From an uncultured Syntrophales bacterium (GTDB lineage: Bacteria; Desulfobacterota; Syntrophia; Syntrophales; JADFWA01): DNA of 62,600 nt. The stretch is taken from assembly GCA_964454305.1 (NCBI GenBank), contig CAYVXX010000004.1, forward strand, positions 1 to 62,600, written 5' to 3'. Both the position numbers and the translations under genes were made by a program. Below are positions 46,105-56,727 of this stretch, piece by piece; positions within the stretch are counted from its first letter, which is position 1; each line of letters starts with the position of its first letter. Under the pieces are notes generated by a model. The model saw nothing but the letters and a program-made list of their open reading frames with translations, was not told the DNA's origin and did not search any database.

Positions 46105-46175
46105 GAGGAAGATTTCTTATCCTGCAAGATGTGGGACTTGCTTTCAACCTTATTTTTGGGGAGAGGAGTGAAGAA

Positions 46176-46409
46176 ATGTTGACAATAAAAAGCACAAAAA
46201 ATAAAACATCGGCATATTCCCAGATACTGCTTTTAAGTGCATGGGGGTTTGTCATCGTTATTTCTTCATTTCTCTTTCTCTACGTAGGGTATTGGTTGGA
46301 TGGTAAACTAAATACGGCACCTTCCTTCATGTTAGGATTATTCATGCTTGCTATTTTCCTCTGCATAGGAAGGTTTTATCAAGAAGCATGGTTGAAAAAA
46401 GGGAAGTAA
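46176..46409 (+). CDS. AtpZ/AtpI-like small membrane protein
   Basis: Two TM segments with YVGYWLDGKLNT, typical of the ATPase_gene1 family (from memory). GAGAGGAG RBS before ATG 46176. Confidence 0.5.
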   Translation: MLTIKSTKNKTSAYSQILLLSAWGFVIVISSFLFLYVGYWLDGKLNTAPSFMLGLFMLAIFLCIGRFYQEAWLKKGK

Positions 46410-46439
46410 AGACATTGAGGATAAAAAATCTGTGCCGGG

Positions 46440-46472
46440 GGGTTCCGCCCTTTGGGCGGGGAACTTCAAAAT
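46440..46472 (+). repeat. Solo family-A-like hairpin plus tail (A7)
   Basis: TCCGCCC-TTT-GGGCGGGGA followed by ACTTCAAAAT. Confidence 0.45.
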
Positions 46473-46519
46473 CTTGAGTTCTATAAATTTTCCCTTCCCG
46501 CTGAATTCCATAAGAAAAC

Positions 46520-46993
46520 TTATGTTACACCGGTATTCTTAATACATTTTTTCACCAAGCCTTCAATGGTCATATAAATTTCCGCGAAGCAAAGCCTGTA
46601 GAAGTAATCCGAAAGCCCATAAGGATCCTTGATATCTTTATATAATTCGTGGTCATCTTCTGAAAATGATTTAAGAAGAAAGATTTTACCTTCTGCATCG
46701 GGATATTTGTCAATGATCATCTTTTTATGGGCATTTTCCATTACAATTATCTTGTCTGCATCTGCAACCATATCATACGTTAACAACTTTGATTTATGTC
46801 CATAGCCATTGAATCCATTTTCAGTTAATATTTGTATTGACCTTGGATCGCCAGGTACTCCCTCAATATTGTAGACGCCTGCTGAGGAAACCTCTATATC
46901 GCCGCAATTATTTTCTGTAAGTTTTTTCTTCAAGATTCGCTCTGCCATGAAGCTTCGACAGATATTACCGGTACAGACAAATAGTATTTTCAT
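46520..46993 (-). CDS. Low-molecular-weight protein tyrosine/arginine phosphatase
   Basis: CX5R(S) P-loop in ILFVCTGNICRSFMAE. Confidence 0.88.
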   Translation of the reverse strand: MKILFVCTGNICRSFMAERILKKKLTENNCGDIEVSSAGVYNIEGVPGDPRSIQILTENGFNGYGHKSKLLTYDMVADADKIIVMENAHKKMIIDKYPDAEGKIFLLKSFSEDDHELYKDIKDPYGLSDYFYRLCFAEIYMTIEGLVKKCIKNTGVT

Positions 46994-47210
46994 TGCTATC
47001 AATCATTTGATCATTTTAGACGTGTTTGGATTTACCTCACGGAGCTTGAGGTATTTCCCTTTACATTCTAACGCCTCCGTAACAGTTCATTTTAGCAAAT
47101 TAATAATCATATTCAAGTTTTTATATTTCTTCACCCTTGAAGATAGATATTCTGAACACACAAAAACTGCAAAGATAGGAGCGATGTGATTTTAATAGTA
47201 TAATAAAAAT

Positions 47211-47401
47211 TTTGAACTGAACAGCAAGCGAATAAAAAACAAACAATTTCCTTACCCCGATAAACGGGATAAGTCCCGCTAAAGGGGATAAATCCCACTA
47301 AAGGGGATAAATGCGTTAACGAAATTATTTTCTGGCAGAAAATAATTTCTAACTTACTAAACAGTCGGAGATTCCCCGCAACTTGTTGCGGGAAGCTTCA
47401 A
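47211..47401 (+). repeat. Family-A composite hairpin element, long form (A4)
   Basis: TTGAACTGAACAGCAAGCG. Three tandem units of about 19 nt (CCCnnTAAAnGGGATAAnT). 13-bp stem 47320-47348. GGAGATT-CCCCGCAACTTGTTGCGGGA-AGCTTCAAT. Confidence 0.7.
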
Positions 47402-47480
47402 TTTGTACAATTTTCTGTTGATAATATTTAAAATCTGCTTTAATATAATAAAGTTTATAAAAGCCGAAGAAGACAGGAAG

Positions 47481-49784
47481 ATGGAAGACAGAATGGAACA
47501 TCGAGAGGTAAAACATCAAGAGATAGAAGAACTACACGAAAAGCTCTCCCTTCATAAAGCGCTGCAGGATATTACCAATCGCATCAATGCCGCTGAGAAT
47601 ATAAGGCAGATACTGGTGGACCTTAAAGACGGCATTTTAAACCTCTTTAATGCCTATTCAATTACTATATATGTGGTGGACCAGGCAAGAAATGAAATCT
47701 ACTCCATGTTTCTTGCAGGATCTGCGTTAAAAGAAATCAGGTTACCTATCAACAATGAAAGCATTGCTGGCTACGTGGCCAATACAAGAAGGGCCGTCAA
47801 TATTGCCGATGCTTACGACACAGAAGAATTAAAAAAGATTGATGAACAACTGACATTTGATGACAGCTGGGATAAAAAAACGGATTACAGAACAGCGCAA
47901 ATACTGGCTGTCCCGATCCTTTATAAATGTGTCCCGATGGGTGTTATTCAGATAATCAATAAAAAAGGAGGTGGTAAATTTTCCATTGAGGAACAGGGCT
48001 TTCTGGAGAAGATAGCTGATGTTCTGGGGATTGCCTTTTACAATCAACAAAGGGTAGCCAAGAAGAGGAAAACGAAATTTGATTACCTTGTGGCCCAGGG
48101 TCTTATAAAGGATGCGGATCTGGAAAGTGCCTGGGATGAAGCCAGAAAAAATAAAGAAGCCGTGGAAAGTCTGCTGACAACAAAATACAAGGTTTCAAAA
48201 GAGGATATAGGTAAATCCCTCGAAGAGTTTTATCATTGTAAGTTCGTGCAATTCAACGATAAATACTCGATACCTGGAGATTTGCTGAGAAACCTGAGGA
48301 GAGAATATCTCCGCCGCGAGTTGTGGGTTCCCCTTGAAAAGAAAGACGGAAAAATCAGGGTGATTGTTGACGATCCTAACAATATCTTAAAGAGGGATAT
48401 GATCGAAAATCTCCTGAAAACAAGATCGGTTGAATACAATGTGGCCATAAAGGAAGATATATCGAAATTCATCAACCACTTCTTCCAGACACATGGGGAT
48501 GTTACATCTATGAGCGATATCCTCGGGATGCTTGACGATGGAGATGAATCTCTGGAGGATGAAGAAGGAGATGTAGTTACAGAATCAGATAGTGTAATCA
48601 TGCAGCTGGTCAATAGGATTATAAACGACGCATACACGCAAAATGCATCCGATATTCATATTGAAGCCAATGCAGAAAAAAAGAACGTTGAAGTAAGATT
48701 AAGGATTGATGGTGATTGTGCGGTTTATCAAACTCTTCCATACAATTACAGAGCAGCAGCTGTTTCAAGGATCAAGATAATGTCCAATCTTGATATAACA
48801 GAACGTAGACTTCCCCAGGATGGCAAGATAAAATTCAGACGAGGAAAGGGTGATGAAATAGAACTGCGCGTGGCAACAATACCCACACAAGGTGGCCATG
48901 AGGATGTTGTAATGCGAATTCTTGCCAAAGGTGACACGATGCCGCTCGAAAAAATGAATATGTCGCCATATAATTATAAAGGTTTTCTGGAAACAATTCA
49001 AAAACCCTACGGGATGGTTCTTTGTGTCGGTCCTACCGGGTCAGGTAAGACAACAACCCTTCATGCTGCACTACATCATATCAACACACCGGAAAAAAAG
49101 ATCTGGACAGCAGAAGATCCCGTTGAAATCACACAGTACGGTCTTCGCCAGGTACAGGTCAACCCCAAAATCGGCTTTGACTTCAGTCACGCCATGCGCA
49201 GCTTTCTAAGGGCTGATCCGGATGTTATTATGGTAGGGGAAATGAGGGATTCCGAAACCGCCAAAATTGGTATTGAGGCCTCACTCACAGGACATCTTGT
49301 TTTTTCCACCCTTCATACAAATAGTGCCCCGGAGACGATTGTCCGGCTTCTTGATATGGGGATAGACCCTCTGAATTTTGCTGATTCTCTACTTTGCATA
49401 CTTGCACAAAGACTGGTTAGAACGCTCTGTAAATGCAAGGAAGGGTATCATCCATCAAAAGAGGAGTATGATGAAGTAGCAAACAGTTATGGGGAAGAGC
49501 TATTCTCAAAACTCAATATTCCCTACAATGATGACTTTAAATTATCCCGACCGAAGGGTTGCAGTGAATGTAATAATAGCGGATACAAGGGCAGGATTGG
49601 CCTTCATGAAGTGCTGATTGCAACAGACAGTATCAAGAGATTGGTTCAGAAACACGCAATGGTTGAAGAAATACGTAACACAGCCATCTCCGAAGGCATG
49701 ACTACCCTTCTTCAGGATGGAATACTTAAAGCCATTGGTGGTTTTACAGATTTTAAACAGGTATACAGAGTGTGTATGAGGTGA
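47481..49784 (+). CDS. GAF domain-containing GspE/PilB-family secretion ATPase
   Basis: N-terminal GAF-like region, T2SSE N-domain, Walker A GPTGSGKTTT, Asp box, Walker B, and tetracysteine CKC...CSEC. The start was set at ATG 47481, outside repeat A4. Confidence 0.88.
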   Translation: MEDRMEHREVKHQEIEELHEKLSLHKALQDITNRINAAENIRQILVDLKDGILNLFNAYSITIYVVDQARNEIYSMFLAGSALKEIRLPINNESIAGYVANTRRAVNIADAYDTEELKKIDEQLTFDDSWDKKTDYRTAQILAVPILYKCVPMGVIQIINKKGGGKFSIEEQGFLEKIADVLGIAFYNQQRVAKKRKTKFDYLVAQGLIKDADLESAWDEARKNKEAVESLLTTKYKVSKEDIGKSLEEFYHCKFVQFNDKYSIPGDLLRNLRREYLRRELWVPLEKKDGKIRVIVDDPNNILKRDMIENLLKTRSVEYNVAIKEDISKFINHFFQTHGDVTSMSDILGMLDDGDESLEDEEGDVVTESDSVIMQLVNRIINDAYTQNASDIHIEANAEKKNVEVRLRIDGDCAVYQTLPYNYRAAAVSRIKIMSNLDITERRLPQDGKIKFRRGKGDEIELRVATIPTQGGHEDVVMRILAKGDTMPLEKMNMSPYNYKGFLETIQKPYGMVLCVGPTGSGKTTTLHAALHHINTPEKKIWTAEDPVEITQYGLRQVQVNPKIGFDFSHAMRSFLRADPDVIMVGEMRDSETAKIGIEASLTGHLVFSTLHTNSAPETIVRLLDMGIDPLNFADSLLCILAQRLVRTLCKCKEGYHPSKEEYDEVANSYGEELFSKLNIPYNDDFKLSRPKGCSECNNSGYKGRIGLHEVLIATDSIKRLVQKHAMVEEIRNTAISEGMTTLLQDGILKAIGGFTDFKQVYRVCMR

Positions 49785-49883
49785 TTACTTAATGGATTTC
49801 AGGAAAGACTTGACACTCCGGACACCTTCTACACTTTTAATATGGTCGATAATTTTATGGATTTGCCCACTTTTTACGAAGCA

Positions 49884-52484
49884 TTAGTCCTTACCTTTTA
49901 TCTTGGTTTGCCATTCATTTATCATATGCAATGCTTCCATTGGGGTTAGATTGGCAATATCAAGCCCCTTGAGTTCATTTATGACATGATCCTCGTCATC
50001 CATGAAGAGGCTTAACTGCCCTTTTTTTTCTTTGTCTTTCCCAGGGGCTATTTTAGGCATTCCTACCTCATCCAGCTCTCCCTTTTCCAGATTCTCAAGG
50101 ACTTCCCTTGCCCTCAAGATAACCTCTTCAGGAACCCCCGCAAGACGGGCAACCTGGATACCATAACTCCTGCTTGTACCCCCCGCCACAATCTTCCTCA
50201 AGAATATTATCCTTTCACCCCACTCTTTCACGGCAACATGAAAATTCTTCACCCCTTCTCCGGTTAGGGCTATATCCGTCAGCTGGTGATAGTGGGTGGC
50301 AAAGAGGGTGCGGGCACCAATGTGACCGGAATCGTGGATGTGTTCCGCCACGGCCCATGCTATGCTGAGACCGTCAAAGGTACTTGTTCCCCGTCCTACT
50401 TCATCGAGAAGAATTAAACTTTTCTTTGTGGCATTCTTCAGGATATGAGCCACTTCGTTCATCTCCACCATAAAGGTACTCTGTCCCCTGGCCAGACTAT
50501 CCGTTGCTCCAACACGGGTGAATATTCTGTCGGCAACGCCGATCCTTGCCTCGGATGCCGGTACAAAGCTGCCCATCTGTGCCATCAGTGTTATAAGTGC
50601 TACCTGTCTGATATAGGTCGATTTTCCAGCCATATTAGGACCGGTGATAATGAAAAAGCGGTTCTTATCGCAATCAAGGCAGGTGTCATTCGGCACAAAT
50701 CCCTCAGACGAAGACATCCTTTCTACCACCGGATGCCTGCCATCATGTATTTCGATGGAGTCTTGATCATCCACATGGGGACAGCAGTAATTGTATTTTT
50801 CAGCCACCTCGGCGAGAGATACAATGGCATCAAGATCAGCAAGCAATGAGGCGGTCTTCTGAATCCTCTTGATCTCTTGAGCCGCCCGATCCCTTATCTT
50901 CACAAAGAGATCATATTCTCTCTCCTTCTTCTTATCCTCGGCATTGAGAACTGTGTATTCATACCCTTTGAGTTCCTGATTTATATATCTTTCGGCATTC
51001 ACCAGGGTCTGTTTTCTGATGTAATCATCGGGAACGAGACCGGCATTGGCCTTTGTGATCTCTATATAATATCCAAATACACTATTGTATCCCACCTTGA
51101 GAGAATTGATCCCCGTACGTTTACGCTCCTTTTCCTCAAGGGCGGCTATCCATCTTTTCCCGTCCCTCGTAAGCGAAATCAGCTCATCAAGTTCGCTGTC
51201 GTAACCCTCTTTTATAATGCCGCCATCACGAATAGTGGGAGGGGGATCAGAAACGATAGAGTTTTCTATAAGAGAAGCTATGTCTTGCATCTCATCAAGA
51301 CCCTCGCAAATCGAAGAGACCAGAGGAGAATCCGTATCAGAAATTAATTTTCTGATGCCGGGCAGTACCTTAAGGGAGGTCATAAGCGCAACTAGATCCC
51401 GGCCATTGGCAACCTTCATAGATATCCTGCTTCCCAGCCTCTCCAGATCGTAAACATCTGAAAAAGCTTTCCGCAGATCGTCCCGCAACAGATGACGGTC
51501 CTTTATCTCAGATACAGCGACCAGCCGTTCTTTAATTTTCTCGGGATCAACGAGGGGATAGGAAAACCACCAGCGGAGCCTCCTGCCGCCCATAGCGGTA
51601 ACCGTCTCATCAAGGACATTGAAGAGAGAGCCGGTTTTTCTGTTATCGGAAATTGTGGTGAACAGTTCCAGGTTTTTTCTGACAATATCATCCAGCACCA
51701 GATAGCTGGCGGTGTCATACCAGGTAATGTCATTGATATGGACGAGATGGTCTCTTTGTGTTTCCGTTACATACCGAAGAACCGCACCGGCCGCTTCTGC
51801 CATTGCCGGGTGTCCTTCGACATTAACTTTCGTTAAAACGTCCTCGGAAAAATACTCTCTGAGAACGACAACTGCCGTATTATGAGCAAAATAATCGGAA
51901 GGAAGATAATTTACCACGCACCCCGAAAATGCCTTGAGAAGACGGGTTTCTTTTAAATTCTCTTCCGCAACGATCTCCCTGAAATCAAGGCCGGTGATTT
52001 CATTGAGAAAGAACTCCCTGTCACTTGATTCAGTTACACGGAATTCACCGGTAGATATATCAATAAAGGCGAGTCCAAGGATGCCGTCTCTTATTGAAAA
52101 CCCGGCCAGAAAATTATTTTCCTTGGCCTGGAGGTTTTCAGAATCAACGACCAGCCCAGGTGTTACAACACGGACAACCTCTCTTTTGACTATTCCCTTT
52201 GCTTTTTTCGGGTCTTCAACCTGTTCGCAGATCGCTACTTTAAACCCTTTCTCAATAAGCTTTGCTATGTAAGATGAGGCTGCGTGATAGGGGATACCGC
52301 ACAGGGGGATACTGTCCTTCTTCCCCTTGTTTCTCGAAGTCAGGGTAATCTCCAGGACTCTCGACGCGGTAACGGCATCATCAAAAAACATCTCATAAAA
52401 GTCGCCCATCCTGAAAAAGAGGATGCAATCATTATGCTTTTCCTTGATTTCCACATACTGTTTCATGGCCGGGGTAAGATTCAT
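49884..52484 (-). CDS. mutS: DNA mismatch repair protein MutS
   Basis: TPAMKQY...FYEMFF mismatch-binding motif and Walker [10 protein letters not shown]. The ATG at 52484 overlaps the upstream stop. A GTG at 52493 is also possible. Confidence 0.97.
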   Translation of the reverse strand: MNLTPAMKQYVEIKEKHNDCILFFRMGDFYEMFFDDAVTASRVLEITLTSRNKGKKDSIPLCGIPYHAASSYIAKLIEKGFKVAICEQVEDPKKAKGIVKREVVRVVTPGLVVDSENLQAKENNFLAGFSIRDGILGLAFIDISTGEFRVTESSDREFFLNEITGLDFREIVAEENLKETRLLKAFSGCVVNYLPSDYFAHNTAVVVLREYFSEDVLTKVNVEGHPAMAEAAGAVLRYVTETQRDHLVHINDITWYDTASYLVLDDIVRKNLELFTTISDNRKTGSLFNVLDETVTAMGGRRLRWWFSYPLVDPEKIKERLVAVSEIKDRHLLRDDLRKAFSDVYDLERLGSRISMKVANGRDLVALMTSLKVLPGIRKLISDTDSPLVSSICEGLDEMQDIASLIENSIVSDPPPTIRDGGIIKEGYDSELDELISLTRDGKRWIAALEEKERKRTGINSLKVGYNSVFGYYIEITKANAGLVPDDYIRKQTLVNAERYINQELKGYEYTVLNAEDKKKEREYDLFVKIRDRAAQEIKRIQKTASLLADLDAIVSLAEVAEKYNYCCPHVDDQDSIEIHDGRHPVVERMSSSEGFVPNDTCLDCDKNRFFIITGPNMAGKSTYIRQVALITLMAQMGSFVPASEARIGVADRIFTRVGATDSLARGQSTFMVEMNEVAHILKNATKKSLILLDEVGRGTSTFDGLSIAWAVAEHIHDSGHIGARTLFATHYHQLTDIALTGEGVKNFHVAVKEWGERIIFLRKIVAGGTSRSYGIQVARLAGVPEEVILRAREVLENLEKGELDEVGMPKIAPGKDKEKKGQLSLFMDDEDHVINELKGLDIANLTPMEALHMINEWQTKIKGKD

Positions 52485-52879
52485 CACTCCCACCTGTTGT
52501 CATCTCTTTTCTTCAAGTCGATGTACTCCACACGACCCTGCTCATTGATGAATGAACTGAGAAGCCAGCTTACCAGACTTATTATGAGGGAACCAAACAC
52601 TGCCGACCAGAATCCTTGAACATCAAAGCCAGAGATCACACCGGAGGCCATTTTCAGAAGGAGTGCATTTATCACGAACGTGAAAAGGCCGAGGCTTAAT
52701 ATATTGATGGGAAGCGTGAGAATAATGAGTATCGGACGGAAAACGGCATTCAGTATGCCCAGTATGGCGGCCGCGAAAAAAGCGGAAAAGAAACCGCTCA
52801 CATGAATTCCATCCATAATATAGGAGGCAAAGATTATTGCTGTCGTCAAAATCAACCACCTGATGAAAAGTCCAGTCAT
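52484..52879 (-). CDS. Holin superfamily IV-like membrane protein (YvlD-like)
   Basis: 131 aa, 4 TM segments. The [32 protein letters not shown] pattern is typical of this family. Confidence 0.72.
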   Translation of the reverse strand: MTGLFIRWLILTTAIIFASYIMDGIHVSGFFSAFFAAAILGILNAVFRPILIILTLPINILSLGLFTFVINALLLKMASGVISGFDVQGFWSAVFGSLIISLVSWLLSSFINEQGRVEYIDLKKRDDNRWE

Positions 52880-52884
52880 TGTAG

Positions 52885-53529
52885 TTACCTGTAAAGTGAA
52901 TGGTCTGAGATGTAGTCACATACCGGCTCCGGTACAATATACCGTATCGACGTTCCCTTTGTAATCCTGTTTCTTATGTCAGTGGATGATATATCCAGGA
53001 AGGTGACCTCTCTGAAAAAGATGGAGGAATCAGTGGGACCTTCGAATCCATATGTGATCTTGTTGTATTTAAATTGAGAGGCAAAATCGAGAGGGAAAAG
53101 CCCTTCGAGCCTTTTTATCGAATAACCCGGTCTTGTCATGACTATGAAATTACACAACAGCAATAACTTTTTCCAGTCTTTCCATAACTTTATACCCTGA
53201 AAGGCGTCTTGCCCCAGGATGAAAAAGAGTGTCAGATCTTTGCCGTGTTCTTCAAGAAAGTGTTTTACCGTATCGATAGAGTAAGAGGTGCCTTTTTTCT
53301 TGTCTTCTATGTCAGAGACTGAAAATGATCGGTTTTCAGAGGTGGCCAGCCTGACCATCTCCATGCGGTGATGAAAGGGGGCGATATTGCTGCGTGTTTT
53401 AAGGGGTGGTCTGGAGGCAGGGATAAATATTATCTTCTCAAGCTTAAAGATCTCGAGGATCTCCTCGGTACATCTCAGATGGCCGAGATGAATCGGATCG
53501 AACGTTCCTCCCAGTAATCCCCACTTCAT
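52885..53529 (-). CDS. nadD: Nicotinate-nucleotide adenylyltransferase
   Basis: [12 protein letters not shown] motif. Confidence 0.93.
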   Translation of the reverse strand: MKWGLLGGTFDPIHLGHLRCTEEILEIFKLEKIIFIPASRPPLKTRSNIAPFHHRMEMVRLATSENRSFSVSDIEDKKKGTSYSIDTVKHFLEEHGKDLTLFFILGQDAFQGIKLWKDWKKLLLLCNFIVMTRPGYSIKRLEGLFPLDFASQFKYNKITYGFEGPTDSSIFFREVTFLDISSTDIRNRITKGTSIRYIVPEPVCDYISDHSLYR

Positions 53530-54782
53530 GTCCTTACCTGTCCGTTACCATAGATGATAAACTTGGTTGTTGTCAGCTCTTCAAGACCCATCGGGCCGAA
53601 GGCATGAAGTTTTGTCGTGCTTATTCCTATTTCCGCCCCTAGACCAAGTTCGAAACCGTCGCTGAATCTTGTGGAGGCATTGACCAGAACGGTCGAGGAA
53701 TTGACCTCGTTCAAAAAACGCTGAGAATTAGTGTAGTCTCCGGTTATAATTGATTCGGTGTGGAGAGAGCCGTATTTTTCAATATGAGCCATTGCCTCAT
53801 CAATGCCTTCAACGACACGTATCGATAAAATAAGGTCCAGGTACTCTTCGTACCAGTCCTCTTCGACTGCCTCTTTGATATCCGGAAGAATTGCTCTGGT
53901 CTCCTTGCAACCTTTCAGCACAACCCCCGCCTCACGGAATTTTTCCGCCATCACCGGCAGGAATGTCCCCGCGATATCCGTGTGGACCAGAAGGGTCTCC
54001 ATGGCATTACAGACGCCGGGTCTCTGGGTCTTGGCGTTCATGCATATCTTTTCGGCCATATCGAAATCCGCACTGGCGTCAACAAAGATATGGCAGACCC
54101 CTTTATAATGCTTGATAACCGGTATTTTTGACTGTTCCACCACGGCCCTGATCAGCTCTTCTCCGCCTCTAGGGATGATGAGATCTATGTATTCCTCTAG
54201 TTCAAGCATTACATTTACCGCCTCCCTGTCGGTGATCGATATAACCTGTATGGCTGCCTCGGGAATTCCGACATCACGCAAAACCTTCTGAAGTAATCCG
54301 GTAATGGCTACATTGGAATGTATCGCTTCGGAGCCCCCTCTGAGGATGACGGCATTTCCCGACTTGAGGCACAGCGCGGCAGCGTCAGCTGTAATGTTCG
54401 GGCGAGATTCATAGATAATCCCTATAACGCCAAGCGGAATTCTTTTCCTCCCCACGAGTAAATTATTGGGTCTGCGCCACATCGAAGTTATCTTTCCCAC
54501 GGGATCCGGCAGGGCCGCGATTTCCATAAGACCATCTGCGACCCCCTTTATCGTCAAGGCGTTAAGGGTGAGCCTGTCTATCATTGCTGCTGAAAGTCCC
54601 TTTTTGTTAGCATAGTCAAGGTCCTTTGCATTTTCGGAAACAAGATAATCGGTCTGCCTGACGAGTTCTTCCGCCATTTGTATGAGTGCCCTGTTTTTCA
54701 GATCGGATGACATATTGGCCAGTTTATTACCGGCACGTCTGGCATTCCTTGCTATTTCGGTAATCTTTTCCTTGACGCTCAT
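53526..54782 (-). CDS. proA: Gamma-glutamyl phosphate reductase
   Basis: Aldehyde dehydrogenase fold with [11 protein letters not shown] catalytic Cys context. The internal ATG 54782 is preceded by GAAGGAAGG. Confidence 0.95.
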   Translation of the reverse strand: MSVKEKITEIARNARRAGNKLANMSSDLKNRALIQMAEELVRQTDYLVSENAKDLDYANKKGLSAAMIDRLTLNALTIKGVADGLMEIAALPDPVGKITSMWRRPNNLLVGRKRIPLGVIGIIYESRPNITADAAALCLKSGNAVILRGGSEAIHSNVAITGLLQKVLRDVGIPEAAIQVISITDREAVNVMLELEEYIDLIIPRGGEELIRAVVEQSKIPVIKHYKGVCHIFVDASADFDMAEKICMNAKTQRPGVCNAMETLLVHTDIAGTFLPVMAEKFREAGVVLKGCKETRAILPDIKEAVEEDWYEEYLDLILSIRVVEGIDEAMAHIEKYGSLHTESIITGDYTNSQRFLNEVNSSTVLVNASTRFSDGFELGLGAEIGISTTKLHAFGPMGLEELTTTKFIIYGNGQVRT

Positions 54783-54916
54783 AGGCCTTCCTTCCTTCAA
54801 GTGAGATTAGGAAGTTGAATGTACCGAAGGTAAGGGATTATGTCAAGACGATTCAATGGTTTCTTATTTCTTGATAATCTTTCTTTTTTTTGCTACCTTC
54901 CAAGAACTTTTGAACT

Positions 54917-55984
54917 ATGATGGACTCTATTTATATCAAAGCAGGAAGATCTGCGTACGAGATAATCAAAGATGGCGGTTTTGATTTTAGCCATGTTACC
55001 ACCTGTGTTGGACCTGCTGTAGGTCCGAGGTGGCTTGTCGTCAGCGGTCTTGATTTGGCCCTTCTGGAAAATGAGGTACTCGGGAGATTGAAGCCGGTGC
55101 TTTTGGCCGGTTCGTCTGCCGGTGCATGGCGTTTTTCCGCCTGGGTGCAACCGGAACCTCTTGAAAGTTACCGCAGACTCATCGATGCATACATTTCCAT
55201 TAAGTATGACAGGACAGATACCCCTCTAACTATTCAAAAAACGATAAGTAATGTTGTAAATACGTATCTTGAAGACGATGCAATCCCATTTGCACTGGCC
55301 GATAAAAGATATCGTCTGGCGATTGCGACGGCACGAGCCAAGCACCTTTTTGCCTGCGAAGGACTGATACAGAGGGCGGGGTTTGGAGCGGCCTTTCTGC
55401 TCAATGCCATGAACCGTTCCTGGTTACGCGGTCTTGTTCAGCGAGTGATCTTTTATAGCGGTCCGCGACCCCCATATTTTTGTCTCCAGGATCACTTTGA
55501 GGGGCAGGCCATTTTGCTCAATGAGGCTAATTTCAAGTATGCCGTCCTCGCATCGGGGGCTATTCCCATGGTCATCGCCGGCATTAAAAATATTTACGGT
55601 GCACCGACCGGTGTTTACCGGGATGGGGGGTTGGTCGATTATCATCTTAACCAGAAGTATGCAGCAAAAGAAGAGGACATTACCCTCTTTTTTCATCATC
55701 AGGAACGTATTATACCCGGATGGCTCGACAAAAAGCTCAAATATCGCAGGCCATCGGAGAGCATGCTGGAAAATGTTGTGATGGTTTATCCATCCGAGGG
55801 TTTCGTCGGGAAATTACCGGGTGGAAAAATACCGGACCGTGATGACTTTGAAATATTTGTCGACGATCCTAAAACCCGGATAAAGAACTGGCGGTGTGTC
55901 GTTGATCTTTCTGCCCCGCTGGGCGAACAATTCTTGGAACTGGTGGAAAGTAAAAAAATCAGGCATATTGTGGAGAAAATGTAA
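54917..55984 (+). CDS. Patatin-like phospholipase family protein
   Basis: GxSxG (AGSSAGA) and the catalytic Asp motif DGGLVDY. The Gly-rich oxyanion motif is not canonical. Confidence 0.6.
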   Translation: MMDSIYIKAGRSAYEIIKDGGFDFSHVTTCVGPAVGPRWLVVSGLDLALLENEVLGRLKPVLLAGSSAGAWRFSAWVQPEPLESYRRLIDAYISIKYDRTDTPLTIQKTISNVVNTYLEDDAIPFALADKRYRLAIATARAKHLFACEGLIQRAGFGAAFLLNAMNRSWLRGLVQRVIFYSGPRPPYFCLQDHFEGQAILLNEANFKYAVLASGAIPMVIAGIKNIYGAPTGVYRDGGLVDYHLNQKYAAKEEDITLFFHHQERIIPGWLDKKLKYRRPSESMLENVVMVYPSEGFVGKLPGGKIPDRDDFEIFVDDPKTRIKNWRCVVDLSAPLGEQFLELVESKKIRHIVEKM

Positions 55985-56025
55985 GATGATCTTATGGGAG
56001 TTCGGACAGGGGGAAGTGACACTTT

Positions 56026-56628
56026 ATGAAAGTAAGGGAAGACAAATCGCTTTTGAAAAGCATGGTGAAAGTTGCGGAGCAACTGGAGCTCGAGACCTGT
56101 TTGGAATTCAACCCGGATATCCTCATTCCGGAACAGAGGATTCGAGACCTTTGCTCTGAGGATAAGTGTAAAAATTTTGGCAAGCATTATATGTGTCCGC
56201 CATATGTCGGCTCATTAGAAGAACACAAAAAGCGACTGAAAAAATATAAGCATGGCATATTACTCCAATATTCTAAGCCTCTGAATGTAAATAAAGATCG
56301 TGAGAGTGCGGAAAAAGCTAAAGTGGAATTTCACTATAAAATCCTTCAGCTGGAGGACTTTTTAAGGGGCAAAGGGATAAAAGATGTATGGGGGATGATG
56401 GGGGGAAGTTGTTATTTGTGTAGTGAATGTGAGGCCAGATTTGACAGGCCGTGTTTGTATCCCGATAAGGCAAGAGTGTCATTGGAGGCAATAGCGATTG
56501 ATGTTATTGCCTTGCTGGATAAGTTTGGTTTGGATAATAAATTCTATGACGACAGAATAACATGGACGGGCTGCATCCTTGTAGCCGGCCGGCTGTCGGA
56601 AGAAAGCTATCGGCAGGACAACGGGTAA
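56026..56628 (+). CDS. DUF2284-like predicted metal-binding protein
   Basis: CKNFGKHYMCPP and CYLCSEC Cys motifs. Confidence 0.68.
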   Translation: MKVREDKSLLKSMVKVAEQLELETCLEFNPDILIPEQRIRDLCSEDKCKNFGKHYMCPPYVGSLEEHKKRLKKYKHGILLQYSKPLNVNKDRESAEKAKVEFHYKILQLEDFLRGKGIKDVWGMMGGSCYLCSECEARFDRPCLYPDKARVSLEAIAIDVIALLDKFGLDNKFYDDRITWTGCILVAGRLSEESYRQDNG

Positions 56629-56727
56629 GTGTTCGATTTTCAGGTACCATAGCTCGTTTCGAGGGATGTCCCGCACGACCTTCTGTTTTCCCTGAGATCT
56701 GACGGCTGATAGCCGAACGCTTATTTC

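Noticed and set aside
22321-47401. The family-A terminal hairpins (CCCCGCAACTTGTTGCGGGG-AGCTTCAAT) as CRISPR repeats
   Set aside because: The copies are kilobases apart and in both orientations. Each is attached to the same 5' box rather than separated by spacers of uniform length, and no cas genes are present. This is a dispersed repeat family, not an array.
22173-47401. The family-A elements as integron attC sites
   Set aside because: No intI gene is present and the elements are not in a cassette array. Their ends (TTGAAC...CTTCAAT) do not match the RYYYAAC...GTTRRRY attC core sites.
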